Part shown: positions 24,277-34,233 of the stretch, piece after piece
Position numbering within the stretch: the stretch's first letter is position 1
How the letters are laid out: every line of letters starts with the position of its first letter
Assembly (NCBI GenBank): GCA_042576345.1
Contig: JBHPCE010000002.1
Span: forward strand, 1-38,807
DNA from: Candidatus Babelota bacterium
GTDB taxonomy: Bacteria; Babelota; Babeliae; Babelales; GCA-2401785
Direction of reading: 5' to 3'
Length of the DNA: 38,807 nucleotides
Made by a program: the position numbers and the translations under genes
Notes under the pieces: generated by a model
Told to the model about the DNA's origin: nothing
Database searches by the model: none
Seen by the model: only the letters and a program-made list of their open reading frames with translations

Positions 24277-25473
24277 CTACAAAAGAACACTTGCCAGTTC
24301 CGGCCACACACTCACAAGTCCCTTGGAAAATGTGCTCTGAACAAACTTATGTGAAAAGCGTTTTTTTACAAGCTCAAAACTGTTGTGGGATAATCTTTCT
24401 CGCAATGGTTTGCTTTCTAAAACCGAGTTTGTCAAAACTGCCATTGAATCATCGTCATCCACATCAACCAGAAAACCAGTTTTGCCATCTAAGACATAGT
24501 CAGAGGTACCGCCACAGATTGTCGAAATTACCGGAACTGAGTTTGCCATTGCCTCAAGGCCAATGATTCCCAAGCCTTCCTGGTGAGATGTGATCAGCAT
24601 CACAGAAGCCGATTTTAAAATACCTTGTTTTTCGTCCTCGGATATCCATCCTGTAAATCTAACGCAACCGGAATTAATCAAGTTTTCAAATCCTCTAATT
24701 TTTTCTTTTTGCGGTGTGTTTCCTATGATAATCAACTTTGCTTCAGGCTGCTGTCTGATCACCCTCCTCCAAACCCTCAAAAGCATTTCAATGTTTTTTC
24801 TAGGGTCATCAAAACGTCCTATTGCAACAACAATTTTTTGGTTTTCCTTGCAGCCTTTCATAACCGTCTTAACGGGAAAACCACAAACATCCATATCATC
24901 CGGATCTAAGCCAGCCATGACGGAAAACTGTTTTTTTGCATAAAAACTCATCGGCAAAACAAGACTTGCAGAGCGAAGAATATCTAGCTCTATTTTTCGC
25001 ATAAATGGCGCTGACAAATTTTCCAAAATTCTTCGTGAAACAGACATTTCGCATCTTCTGGCCAACCTATCATCATCGTATGGGGTGGCAGGCCACAGCA
25101 GAAATTTCTTTTTTAACAAAGTTAAGGGATGTGCTGCTATGCAAGTCCCACTGGTCACAAAAAAATACTCAAAATCCCTGAGTTCCTTTTCCCATATTTT
25201 AAGCGTTGCTGCATAGTGCCAAGGCTCCCAAAAGGCCCACCTGGAACCGATCTCAACACAACGCATTCCAAAATAATTTTTCCTGCGCACCTCTGAATTG
25301 AATTTTAGTGGCCTTAAATGTGCAGATATTTTATGATCAAAACCCACAAAAAAAACGGTAGGTTCAAAGTATTTTGAGCAAAATTCGTACACTACCCGAA
25401 GCGAAGATAAAATCCCCCCGTAGTTTTCTGGGTGCAACGTTAAAATGGCTATTTTAGGCATATTCACAAACAT
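24277..25473 (-). CDS. Glycosyltransferase, GT4 family
   Basis: SHQEGLGIIGLEAMANSVPVISTICGGTSDYVLDGKTGFLV. The start is ATG 25473, directly after the upstream TAA, or ATG 25461. Confidence 0.85.
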   Translation of the reverse strand: MFVNMPKIAILTLHPENYGGILSSLRVVYEFCSKYFEPTVFFVGFDHKISAHLRPLKFNSEVRRKNYFGMRCVEIGSRWAFWEPWHYAATLKIWEKELRDFEYFFVTSGTCIAAHPLTLLKKKFLLWPATPYDDDRLARRCEMSVSRRILENLSAPFMRKIELDILRSASLVLPMSFYAKKQFSVMAGLDPDDMDVCGFPVKTVMKGCKENQKIVVAIGRFDDPRKNIEMLLRVWRRVIRQQPEAKLIIIGNTPQKEKIRGFENLINSGCVRFTGWISEDEKQGILKSASVMLITSHQEGLGIIGLEAMANSVPVISTICGGTSDYVLDGKTGFLVDVDDDDSMAVLTNSVLESKPLRERLSHNSFELVKKRFSHKFVQSTFSKGLVSVWPELASVLL

Positions 25474-26616
25474 TTAAAGCTGTGCAAACTTCGAATCCTT
25501 ACCCTTTTCCAAAATGTCTGAATCCCATACCCTGTGTCCCAAAAGCATTTTGGAAATAAACCGATCAAGAGAATAGTGCTGTGCAACCTTGCATCCCTGC
25601 TTAGCTATTTTCTCTCGCTCAGAACTATTTTCCAAATAATACAACACTTTAGAAACAAGCTCTTCTAGATCACCAAAACAGGCCACAGATTCACCCTCTT
25701 TAAAAAGAAGCTCCGCCTGCTCGTATGAGCGCTCTGCAAGTAAAAACGAACCACAAGCTGTAGCTTCAAAAGTCCTCATGTTATGAGAAGTCATATTCTG
25801 TCGCCTTAAAAAATTTAAAACAATCTTTGAGCAGCTCAAAACTCTTGCCATTATGTCAGCGTTCAAAACGCCGCCTTTTATTTTTTCGTACAAAATAGAT
25901 TTGGAAGACACATTTTCACGCCAACCGATCCCCCAAATCGCAAGATTTAACGAAGGTATTTTTTCTATTAAGTGAAGTAGAGACTCCTCTCTACAACTGT
26001 CCCATGAACCAACAAAAGAAACCTGGCAATCAAACTTTTTTCTTTCTTCTTTTGTCAGTTCCATCCCCGTAAAAAAAAGTTCATCATCGTAACCAAAGGG
26101 AAAGTATGGAACATCAACACACCCGGCAGACAATAGCGGTTTTACAAGTATATGAGACCAAATTGCAAATCGGTCGTAATATGGAAGTGAAAGTAAAATA
26201 TTTGAATTAGAGTTTGCATTCCAAAAAACAAACGGGCTATCGGGATAAAAATTCATCAACTTGCACTCGAAACGCCTCTTCATCCATCTCAGCGTTCTAA
26301 AAGATACGTTCTCACCTTTGAGTAAAAAAACTACGTCAGGCAAAAATTGCTTAAAAACACGCCTCAGCTCACGATTCATAAGCGCGTCATTAACTTGCCT
26401 AATGCCCCTGCAAAAAGACCTTGAACTACCGGTAAAATACGGCAAAAAACTTTTTTTACAATTAAAGCGTTTAACATCACACCCAAGCTTTCTCATTGAG
26501 CGCGCAAAAGATGTAGCATAGGTGTATGGACTAGAGGCATCCTGTGAAAACTCACTCACCAACAAAATTTTTTTTCTACTGAGCCTTTCGGCGTCATCTA
26601 GCCGTGATCTATCCAT
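25474..26616 (-). CDS. CgeB-like glycosyltransferase (Glyco_trans_1_2 type C-terminal domain)
   Basis: NMRTFEATACGSFLLAERSYEQAELLFKEGESVACFGDLEEL...REKIAKQG resembles the CgeB/DUF3880-associated family. GGAGG lies 6 nt before the ATG. Confidence 0.7.
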   Translation of the reverse strand: MDRSRLDDAERLSRKKILLVSEFSQDASSPYTYATSFARSMRKLGCDVKRFNCKKSFLPYFTGSSRSFCRGIRQVNDALMNRELRRVFKQFLPDVVFLLKGENVSFRTLRWMKRRFECKLMNFYPDSPFVFWNANSNSNILLSLPYYDRFAIWSHILVKPLLSAGCVDVPYFPFGYDDELFFTGMELTKEERKKFDCQVSFVGSWDSCREESLLHLIEKIPSLNLAIWGIGWRENVSSKSILYEKIKGGVLNADIMARVLSCSKIVLNFLRRQNMTSHNMRTFEATACGSFLLAERSYEQAELLFKEGESVACFGDLEELVSKVLYYLENSSEREKIAKQGCKVAQHYSLDRFISKMLLGHRVWDSDILEKGKDSKFAQL

Positions 26617-27932
26617 TTAAGGCCTCCCAAAGACATAAGTGCAGAACGTGCGATGGCAAGAAATTTAACTCCGCTACAATTGAGCCTGCTAAGCGCTGTG
26701 TGCCAAAAAAATACCGACGCTAACAACATTGCAAAACTCATGGAAAGAGCTCCACCGCTTGCACCAAACACAGAAACGGCAATAGGTCCGATTGAAACGA
26801 CAATAATCGATTGAATAACCTGGTTCCACGTTAAGGCCCACGGATCTTTGAATCCTAAAGAAATTACAGGTGGAACATCGTCAAAAAAAGCTCTGAAAAG
26901 TCCATAAAAGGTCATAATGCGATACACAGAAACCATCTCTCTCCAGTGATCCCCCAGAACCATGGGAATCCAAAACGATGCAGACACTGCAAGGATAATC
27001 TGCATAGGTAAAAGCGCAAACACTTTGTACGTTTGAACCTTAACAAAGCAACGCCTCAATCTGGGCGTCAAAAACTGATTTTTAGTATAAATTGGGCTGG
27101 TAATTCTGTTGCATATGGCCGTTAACATTAATGGAAATGTCGCTAAAGAAAAAGCCTTAGCATAAAGTCCTGCTTGGTGCATTCCAGCCATTCCTCCTAT
27201 AAGAAAAGGCATAAAATATTCGTAAATTGCTAAGTTAAAAACACCTCCAATCCACGATGCTACACCAAATGTGACAAAAAAGGTTTTTACAATTTTCCAC
27301 CTAAATTTTAAGCCAAATTTCCAAGGACTAGCCCAAAAATATCCGATTAAAAGGATCAACTTTTCAACCAATCTCTGAACTGCAAGGCTAAAAACTCCAA
27401 ATCCACAAAATGCCGCTAAAACAGCCGCAACCAAGCCTGTACTCGAACTGAAAAATTCAAAAAAAGCTAAGCTTTTCAAAAGAGAGTGTCTCTCTAAAAT
27501 TGTCTTGTACGTAAGACCAATCTTCTCTAACCAAAAAGACAGCGCCAAAAGAACGATCAACGATATTGATTTTGATCCAAAAAAACTCGGTAAGAAAAAA
27601 AATACAGAAACACAACACAGCGGAAGAGCCCCTAAAAAAAAGCGTACGAAAAAATGAGTGCTTGCAGCCTCACTCAGATCGATTTGCTTATGGGCCATAA
27701 GCGCCGACTCCCAACCCCACTCAGAAATCCAGTTAAAAAAGTTAAGAATAAAGAGAGATGATGCGACAAGCCCAAAATCTGAAGGTGAAAGTAGTCGAGC
27801 CAAAATTAATGAAAATCCTATACTCAGAACCATTCCGCCATACTGGCCCGCGGCCAAAAAAATAAAGTCCGTGGCAACTTTGGCTTTGAAAATGTCCACC
27901 AGCAAATGTTTATGGAGTTTCACCTTCCACAA
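26598..27932 (-). CDS. wzx: Oligo/polysaccharide flippase (Wzx, MOP superfamily)
   Basis: About 12 predicted TM segments. N-terminal ...FLAAGQYGGMVLSIGFSLILARLLSPSDFGL is typical of polysaccharide biosynthesis (Wzx) proteins. TTG start overlaps the upstream gene by 23 nt. Confidence 0.8.
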   Translation of the reverse strand: MWKVKLHKHLLVDIFKAKVATDFIFLAAGQYGGMVLSIGFSLILARLLSPSDFGLVASSLFILNFFNWISEWGWESALMAHKQIDLSEAASTHFFVRFFLGALPLCCVSVFFFLPSFFGSKSISLIVLLALSFWLEKIGLTYKTILERHSLLKSLAFFEFFSSSTGLVAAVLAAFCGFGVFSLAVQRLVEKLILLIGYFWASPWKFGLKFRWKIVKTFFVTFGVASWIGGVFNLAIYEYFMPFLIGGMAGMHQAGLYAKAFSLATFPLMLTAICNRITSPIYTKNQFLTPRLRRCFVKVQTYKVFALLPMQIILAVSASFWIPMVLGDHWREMVSVYRIMTFYGLFRAFFDDVPPVISLGFKDPWALTWNQVIQSIIVVSIGPIAVSVFGASGGALSMSFAMLLASVFFWHTALSRLNCSGVKFLAIARSALMSLGGLKWIDHG

Positions 27933-29085
27933 TCCTTTTGTAGGCTTGAATCATATTATCCCCGTAGTGATCCCAAGTAAATTCATGAGCTCTAGCACTA
28001 GCTTTTTTACCCATCTCAAATATTTCATTTTGATTTTCAAAGCACCACAAAATCTTCTTCATTAAATCTTTTACATCACCCACTTTGAATATGAATCCGT
28101 CTTGTCCCTCTCGCATAATTTCGAATGCACCAGTTCTTGAACTGCAAATACATGGAATCCCGCTAGCCATAGCCTCTCCGATGACCATCGCAAGCCCCTC
28201 TTGCATAGAAGGCAAAACAAAAACGGAAGCGGATCTGTAAAACTCTCCCAGCTTATCGTGTCTGACAGGACCAACAATTTTTATTGTTGGATCATCCTTG
28301 AAGGGCCTTAAAATCTTTCTTCCATCAGCCAAAAGATCACCAACCAAAATCAACTCTACCTCATTGCCAGGCAAAGCCAGCTGCTTCCAGGCCTCCAACA
28401 AAATATGAATTCCCTTTTGAACGCCAATTTGACCAACAAAAAGTAGCCTGAATTTCTTTGGCCTTCCCGTCCTTGGAAGTGAAAATTTACGCACATCAAT
28501 ACCATACGAAACTTTTATAAGCTTCGCCTCGTCAACACCACGATCAACAAAGCTCTTATAAACATGTTCTGACGGCACAGAAATGTAGTCAGTTTCTTTG
28601 TACTCCAAAAGCATTTTCTGCTTATTTTTCTTAACAATTGGAGGTGCGGAAAAACCAATATCTTTGTAAGCTTTTTTAAGTATTTTTTCCTGTTCTTCTA
28701 TGTGCATAGAACCACATTCTATGACTGTTTTTATACCTCTTTTCTTACACTCTCTGATGCAACCTAAAGAACAGTTAGCCCATCCGACAAAAAGATCAAA
28801 ATCTCCAGCTCCTTTGATTTTTCCAAGAACCCAATTATCAAACCAATTGTCACGAATCGTGTACCATCTCGAAGGTGACATAAAACGAGAAAGACCAAAC
28901 TTGATATAAACCCGATCTGCAATACCAACAAGTCCGTTTGAAGAAACCAAAATTTCTGGAACTAACGCTTTGTCAGCATCTGAATATGCTGCAGAATAGA
29001 GGTGATACAATGATCCATTTTTTCTCACCTGATTGGCTAGGTGAAGAGAGTGAAAGCGACCCGACGCCGAAATTACAATCCTCAT
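27910..29085 (-). CDS. Glycosyltransferase, GT4 family
   Basis: PSMQEGLAMVIGEAMASGIPCICSSRTGAFEIMREGQDGFIF. The start is ATG 29085 (GAGGGGG upstream) or TTG 29094. Confidence 0.85.
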   Translation of the reverse strand: MRIVISASGRFHSLHLANQVRKNGSLYHLYSAAYSDADKALVPEILVSSNGLVGIADRVYIKFGLSRFMSPSRWYTIRDNWFDNWVLGKIKGAGDFDLFVGWANCSLGCIRECKKRGIKTVIECGSMHIEEQEKILKKAYKDIGFSAPPIVKKNKQKMLLEYKETDYISVPSEHVYKSFVDRGVDEAKLIKVSYGIDVRKFSLPRTGRPKKFRLLFVGQIGVQKGIHILLEAWKQLALPGNEVELILVGDLLADGRKILRPFKDDPTIKIVGPVRHDKLGEFYRSASVFVLPSMQEGLAMVIGEAMASGIPCICSSRTGAFEIMREGQDGFIFKVGDVKDLMKKILWCFENQNEIFEMGKKASARAHEFTWDHYGDNMIQAYKRIVEGETP

Positions 29086-29146
29086 GAGCCTCAATCCCCC
29101 TCAATCAAAAATGAGAACTTAAAACAACAAACTTAAAGCTACATAA

Positions 29147-30118
29147 TCAAGGCTCGCAAACACAATTTCGTGACACTTTAATATTCAACAAATTGGCAAA
29201 GTAACAAATTGTCTTCTTCAGTCCATCAACAAGCGCCACTTGCGGTTTCCATCCTAACATCGTTTCTATGCAGGAAATATCTGGACACCTACGAGAAGGA
29301 TCATCTTCCGGTAGATCTTCGAAAATGATTTGAGAATCACTTTCGGTCAAATCCAGAATAAGCTTTGCCAAGGTCAAAACATCAACTTCACTAGGATTTC
29401 CGATATTTGTCGGAAAAATAAAATCATCCTTGTGGTTCATTAACTTAATCAAACCTACAATCATGTCGTCGACGTAGCAAAACGACCTCGTCTGGCTTCC
29501 TTCTCCGTAAATTGTAATCGGCCTTCCTTCTAAGGCCTGTACAATAAAATTACTTACAACTCGCCCATCGCTTGCAGACATAAGCGGCCCATAAGTATTG
29601 AAAATTCTGGCTATACGAACACTAACTCCGTGCTGACGATAAAAATCAGAAAAAAGTGTTTCTGCAGCACGTTTTCCTTCGTCATAACAAGATCTGGGAC
29701 CAACCGTATTAACATTTCCCCAATATGTTTCTTTTTGAGGGTGTATGTGAGGATCGCCATAAACTTCGCTTGTAGATGCCTGAAGAACTTTGGCATTGTT
29801 TTCCAACGCAAGTTCCAAAACATTTAAACTTCCCAAAACGTTTGTTTTAAGTGTTTTTACAGGATTTAACTGATACTGAGGGGGTGATGCTGGACAAGCC
29901 AGATGATAAATTTGGTCAATATTTTTTAAAGGAATAGGCTTGCACACATCATGCTCAAAAATCCAAAAGCACTCGCCCCCAACAAACTCTTTCAAATTTT
30001 TCAAACTACCGGTAGAAAAATCATCAAGAGCAATTACAAATTCACCCCTCGACAACAAAGCCCTACAAAGATTACTTCCCAAAAATCCTGCACAACCGGT
30101 AACTAAAACCTTTTTCAT
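29147..30118 (-). CDS. uxs: UDP-glucuronate decarboxylase (UDP-xylose synthase type SDR)
   Basis: VLVTGCAGFLGSNL, ASTSEVYGDP..HPQKETYWGNVN..GPRSCYDEGKRAAETL, RIFNTYGP, DGRVVSNFI, QTRSFCYVDD. Confidence 0.9.
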   Translation of the reverse strand: MKKVLVTGCAGFLGSNLCRALLSRGEFVIALDDFSTGSLKNLKEFVGGECFWIFEHDVCKPIPLKNIDQIYHLACPASPPQYQLNPVKTLKTNVLGSLNVLELALENNAKVLQASTSEVYGDPHIHPQKETYWGNVNTVGPRSCYDEGKRAAETLFSDFYRQHGVSVRIARIFNTYGPLMSASDGRVVSNFIVQALEGRPITIYGEGSQTRSFCYVDDMIVGLIKLMNHKDDFIFPTNIGNPSEVDVLTLAKLILDLTESDSQIIFEDLPEDDPSRRCPDISCIETMLGWKPQVALVDGLKKTICYFANLLNIKVSRNCVCEP

Positions 30119-30162
30119 CTAAGGCCTCTTTCCCAACGCTTTGAAAAATTTGGTCTCAGCAA

Positions 30163-31227
30163 CTACCTAATCTTAATCGTCAAAAGAGCTGCCAAAGCGA
30201 GCATTACAGAAATTATCCAAAACCTTACCGTAATTTTTGCTTCACTCCAACCCTTGAGCTCAAAATGATGATGTATCGGCGCCATAGCAAAAATTCGTTT
30301 CCCAAAAAGTTTAAAAGAAAGTACTTGAATAATCACAGATGCTGTTTCAAGTACAAAAATGCCCCCAACTATAGGCAAAATTAGCTCTTGCCTTGCTGCA
30401 AGCGCAATAAACCCAAGCCCAGCTCCCATAGCAAGCGATCCAACATCTCCCATAAAAATTTGCGCTGGATGAGTGTTGTACCATAAAAATCCCATCAAGG
30501 CTCCAATCATAGACGCACAGCAAACCGCCAGCTCACCGGTTCCAGCAAACGGAATTGCCAAATATTTTGAAAGAAGCAAGTGCCCAGAAAGATAGGCTAT
30601 TACAGCAAACGTTCCCAGGCTGGAAATTAAAGGTCCCGCTGCAAGACCATCCAAACCATCTGTCAAATTAACAGCATTGCTGCAGCCAACAATAACCAAA
30701 ATACCCCACGGAATCAAAAATAACCCCAAATTTGGATTCAATCCTTTTATAAATGGAATGCAAATACTTTGTGGAGGCTCACATAACTTTATCCATAACA
30801 CCACTGTTGTAATCGAAACAAAAAGCTGTAATAACGCTTTTGCTTTTGCACTGATGCCAACTTTGCTGACAATTTTTGACCAATCATCTACAAAACCAAC
30901 CAGTCCGAATCCGGCCAAACACAAAAGTAAAACCCAAACATGATACGAAGACAGATTGTTCCAAAAAAGCGAAGAAATTATTATAACAGGCAAAATAAAA
31001 AGACCACCCATCGTTGGCGTTGTTCCCTTACCAAGATGAGTTTTTGGAGTATTTTCTCGAACTCCCGCAGAAAAACGCTTCTTTGCCAAAAGCAAAAATC
31101 TTTTCCCAAAAACTATAGCCAATACAAAAGACAAAGTTAGTGCCCCGATGGAGCGCACACTGATATAACGAAAAAGTCTTAAGAACGGATAGTGCTTGGA
31201 AAAAGCCGTGGCCAATTGATAAATCAC
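30163..31227 (-). CDS. mraY: Phospho-N-acetylmuramoyl-pentapeptide transferase MraY
   Basis: GTG start. K.GTPTMGG, NAVNLTDGLDGLA, MGDVGS, APIHHHFELKGW (MraY-specific). Confidence 0.92.
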   Translation of the reverse strand: MIYQLATAFSKHYPFLRLFRYISVRSIGALTLSFVLAIVFGKRFLLLAKKRFSAGVRENTPKTHLGKGTTPTMGGLFILPVIIISSLFWNNLSSYHVWVLLLCLAGFGLVGFVDDWSKIVSKVGISAKAKALLQLFVSITTVVLWIKLCEPPQSICIPFIKGLNPNLGLFLIPWGILVIVGCSNAVNLTDGLDGLAAGPLISSLGTFAVIAYLSGHLLLSKYLAIPFAGTGELAVCCASMIGALMGFLWYNTHPAQIFMGDVGSLAMGAGLGFIALAARQELILPIVGGIFVLETASVIIQVLSFKLFGKRIFAMAPIHHHFELKGWSEAKITVRFWIISVMLALAALLTIKIR

Positions 31228-31316
31228 ACAAAGCTTTCTAAAAAATTAAAAAATAAACAGCATTATTCAGATTTTAGCTTTTATATGGTTTTGTGTCCAA
31301 GAAGTTAAATTTGAGC

Positions 31317-31742
31317 TCAACGTTGTACATTCTCATTGTAGGCTTGCATAACTCTTTGCCAAGGATATCCTTTTAGAAAAAGACCTAGTGAGCCTATCGC
31401 CATAATTATTCTTTGTACCTCATCCTGATCTTCTTCTTTTTCAAGTTTTTTGAACAAAAATTCCTTAGCAATTTCAGCCCGTTTTCTTCGCGCAACCTCA
31501 ATCATAAATACACCGCCAAGATTATTTCCTGTAAATTTCAACAAACACGACCCTACAGCGTTTATCTCTTCAATAACCTTGTTGGCAGAAAGATCTTCTG
31601 GATACGGAAGCTTTGTGCAGTCGATTATAAATTCTACAATTTTGCCAACATTAGGTTTTTTGCTCTCAAATGGTAGCTCTGATCCAACAATGTTAAAAAA
31701 AGAAAACACCATCGCTGAAACCAAAATTAAAACTTTGTTCAT
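31317..31742 (-). CDS. Signal-peptide protein of unknown function
   Basis: MNKVLILVSAMVFSFFNIVGS signal. No recognisable motif. Confidence 0.6.
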   Translation of the reverse strand: MNKVLILVSAMVFSFFNIVGSELPFESKKPNVGKIVEFIIDCTKLPYPEDLSANKVIEEINAVGSCLLKFTGNNLGGVFMIEVARRKRAEIAKEFLFKKLEKEEDQDEVQRIIMAIGSLGLFLKGYPWQRVMQAYNENVQR

Positions 31743-31779
31743 ACCCCTCTCCTAATGAAATTATCGTTCTTGCCGCCTC

Positions 31780-32199
31780 TCACTGATCAGCGTAAGAAAA
31801 CATAACCTCCTTATAAAATTGGTCAACTCTTGTTGAAAGATTTTTCAGATTCTTCTGAATCAAACTCAACCGAGCACCCTGAAAAACCTCATGGAACATA
31901 AAAAATAAAATCCTCAATTTCTCACATTGCTCATAGGTAAATTCTGGGTAATCCTTAAGCCCTTTACTAATTAAATATCCTCCCTTATTTGCCCTTCTAA
32001 GAATCTCTGTATGTGCTTTCAGTTTGGCCCCCTCAGCCTTATCCTTGCTTTCGACTTTCATTTCCATTTCTATCTTCAAAATCTCTTTTACTATTTTCTC
32101 TGAAACTTCGATGAGAGACTGAATATCCGATGCACCACACAAATAATGAGGACAAAGGGATAAAAATAAAAGTGAAAGCCTAGTAAAGTATTTAATCAT
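31780..32199 (-). CDS. Signal-peptide protein of unknown function
   Basis: MIKYFTRLSLLFLSLCPHYLCGA signal. GGAAG precedes ATG 32199. The ORF extends to TTG 32208. Confidence 0.6.
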   Translation of the reverse strand: MIKYFTRLSLLFLSLCPHYLCGASDIQSLIEVSEKIVKEILKIEMEMKVESKDKAEGAKLKAHTEILRRANKGGYLISKGLKDYPEFTYEQCEKLRILFFMFHEVFQGARLSLIQKNLKNLSTRVDQFYKEVMFSYADQ

Positions 32200-32400
32200 T
32201 TCTTCCAACTGATTTTATGTAAATCTGACGCTGTTTCAAGACAACAGGTTTATTCTAGCGGAAAATATATCTTATGTATCGCGAATTTTAGACAATAACC
32301 AAACAAAATTAAGATTTCATTGATTATGCAAAAATTTTACTACTTCAACAAGTTGCGATAAACTTAGGAGGTATTTTTAAAGTATTTTTTGGGAAACAGT

Positions 32401-34233
32401 ATGATCAACAAAGAAAACAATTTTGATGTCATAGTTGTAGGTGGTGGCCATGCCGGCATAGAAGCCGCGCACATATCAGCAAAAATGGGCTCACGAACTC
32501 TTTTGATAACCCCACACATTGATCAAATAGGAATGATGCCCTGCAATCCTTCCATCGGAGGAATTGGCAAAGGACACTTGGTTTTTGAGGTCAGCGCTCT
32601 TGGCGGTCTGATGCCAAAATTATGCTCCAAAACTTATCTACAAGCCAGAATGCTAAATTCCACTCGAGGACCCGCTGTACAAGGTCTGAGACTTCAGATT
32701 GACAAATTCAGCTACAGCAAGATGGCAAAAAAACATCTTGAATCCATGGAAAATACAACCGTTTTTCAGGGAAGCGCGGCAGATCTGCTTTTAAAAAACA
32801 GCTCTGTACAAGGCATTACCACTGAATGCGGAAAAATATTTCATTCAAAATCTGTTGTAATAACAACTGGAACATTTTTAAGCGGAGTTATCAGAATCGG
32901 TGACAAAACGATTTTTCACAGGGGCTCTGAGGGGCCAACCTCGCAAATGCTCTCAAATTCAATAGCAAAAATACTGGAAACAAAATTGGGACGACTGAAA
33001 ACAGGAACTCCTCCTCGAATACTACGCTCTAGCGTTGATTTTACAAAATTAGAGGTCCAAATACCCGACCAACTTGATTATCTCTTTGAGTTCAATCCCA
33101 TCGATGTAAAACATTCTCATGAATGCTTTATTGCGCACACAAACGAAAAAACTCACGAAATTATTAAAAAAAATTTAAAACGTTCCGCACTTTTTGGAGG
33201 CTTTATAGAGGGCGTTGGTCCAAGATATTGCCCTTCCATTGAAGACAAAATTCACCGCTTTCCAGACAAAAAATCACATCATGTTTTTGTTGAACCCGAA
33301 GGTACAGATAGCGACGAAATTTACCCATCTGGACTTTCCACGTCTCTTCCGATAGATGTTCAAGAAGCCTACATGCGAAGTATGGCCGGATTTGAAAACT
33401 GCGTTATAACAAAGCCTGGATATGCCGTTGAATACGATTTTCTTCAACCAACACACCTAAAACATTCTCTTGAGTGTAAAAATGTTCCCGGGTTATTTTT
33501 TGCAGGACAAGTTAATGGAACAACTGGATACGAAGAAGCTGCTGCTCAAGGCATTATTGCCGGCATAAACGCTAGCCTTAGTGCAAATGATAAAGACAAC
33601 TTTACACTAAGCAGAACAGAGGGATATATCGGAGTCATGATAGATGATCTTGTCACCATAGGCGTCGATGAGCCATATCGAATGTTTACATCTCGTGCAG
33701 AGCGCAGACTTTTACTTCGTCAAGACAATGCCTTTGAACGCCTTATGCCAAAGGCAAAAGAGTTTGAAATTATTGATAACATACTCTTTTCAAAATTTGA
33801 AAAAGAATCTTTTAGCGTCAAAAAACTTGAAAAGTACTTAAGAAAGAAATGGGGAAAAACCGACCTTTTCAAAGCACTTTTTGCAAGCCCCTTTACACCT
33901 GAAGCCAAAGAAAAAGCCAGAATTATTGCTCAAGAAATTCTTGGCACAACCAAAGTTTCTGGCCGAGCAGTAATGATTCTGCATGCAAAAGTTCGCTACG
34001 AAGGCTATCTTCAAATGGAAGAACGGGAAGCACAAAAAACGGTCAAATTTTCAGCAATGAAAATTCCAGATAACTTCAAATACAACGGCATGTCGGGACT
34101 TAGCATAGAGCTTCAACAAAAACTCAAAAAAATAAGGCCTGGGACAATTGCCCAAGCCCAATTAATTCCCGGGATGACGCCGGCAGCTACTTCTCTACTG
34201 ATTTTTAAAGTAAAAAACACTCAAGCCAACTAA
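32401..34233 (+). CDS. mnmG: tRNA uridine 5-carboxymethylaminomethyl modification enzyme MnmG (GidA)
   Basis: FDVIVVGGGHAGIEAA, NPSIGGIGKGHL, GPRYCPSIEDK, AGQVNGTTGYEEAAAQG. The ORF opens at TTG 32389. ATG 32401 gives the usual N-terminus. Confidence 0.95.
   Translation: MINKENNFDVIVVGGGHAGIEAAHISAKMGSRTLLITPHIDQIGMMPCNPSIGGIGKGHLVFEVSALGGLMPKLCSKTYLQARMLNSTRGPAVQGLRLQIDKFSYSKMAKKHLESMENTTVFQGSAADLLLKNSSVQGITTECGKIFHSKSVVITTGTFLSGVIRIGDKTIFHRGSEGPTSQMLSNSIAKILETKLGRLKTGTPPRILRSSVDFTKLEVQIPDQLDYLFEFNPIDVKHSHECFIAHTNEKTHEIIKKNLKRSALFGGFIEGVGPRYCPSIEDKIHRFPDKKSHHVFVEPEGTDSDEIYPSGLSTSLPIDVQEAYMRSMAGFENCVITKPGYAVEYDFLQPTHLKHSLECKNVPGLFFAGQVNGTTGYEEAAAQGIIAGINASLSANDKDNFTLSRTEGYIGVMIDDLVTIGVDEPYRMFTSRAERRLLLRQDNAFERLMPKAKEFEIIDNILFSKFEKESFSVKKLEKYLRKKWGKTDLFKALFASPFTPEAKEKARIIAQEILGTTKVSGRAVMILHAKVRYEGYLQMEEREAQKTVKFSAMKIPDNFKYNGMSGLSIELQQKLKKIRPGTIAQAQLIPGMTPAATSLLIFKVKNTQAN

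Noticed and set aside
24258-24311. An 18-codon N-terminal extension of ugd (MCGRNWQVFFCRSRKEGA).
   Set aside because: It would overlap the upstream gene's end and contains the AGGAGG SD that serves GTG 24257. The Rossmann GxGxxG motif follows directly after the shorter start.
32366-32371. A perfect AGGAGG upstream of mnmG.
   Set aside because: It is 17 nt from TTG 32389 and 29 nt from ATG 32401, with no in-range start codon in any frame apart from a doubtful ATT. It is probably fortuitous.
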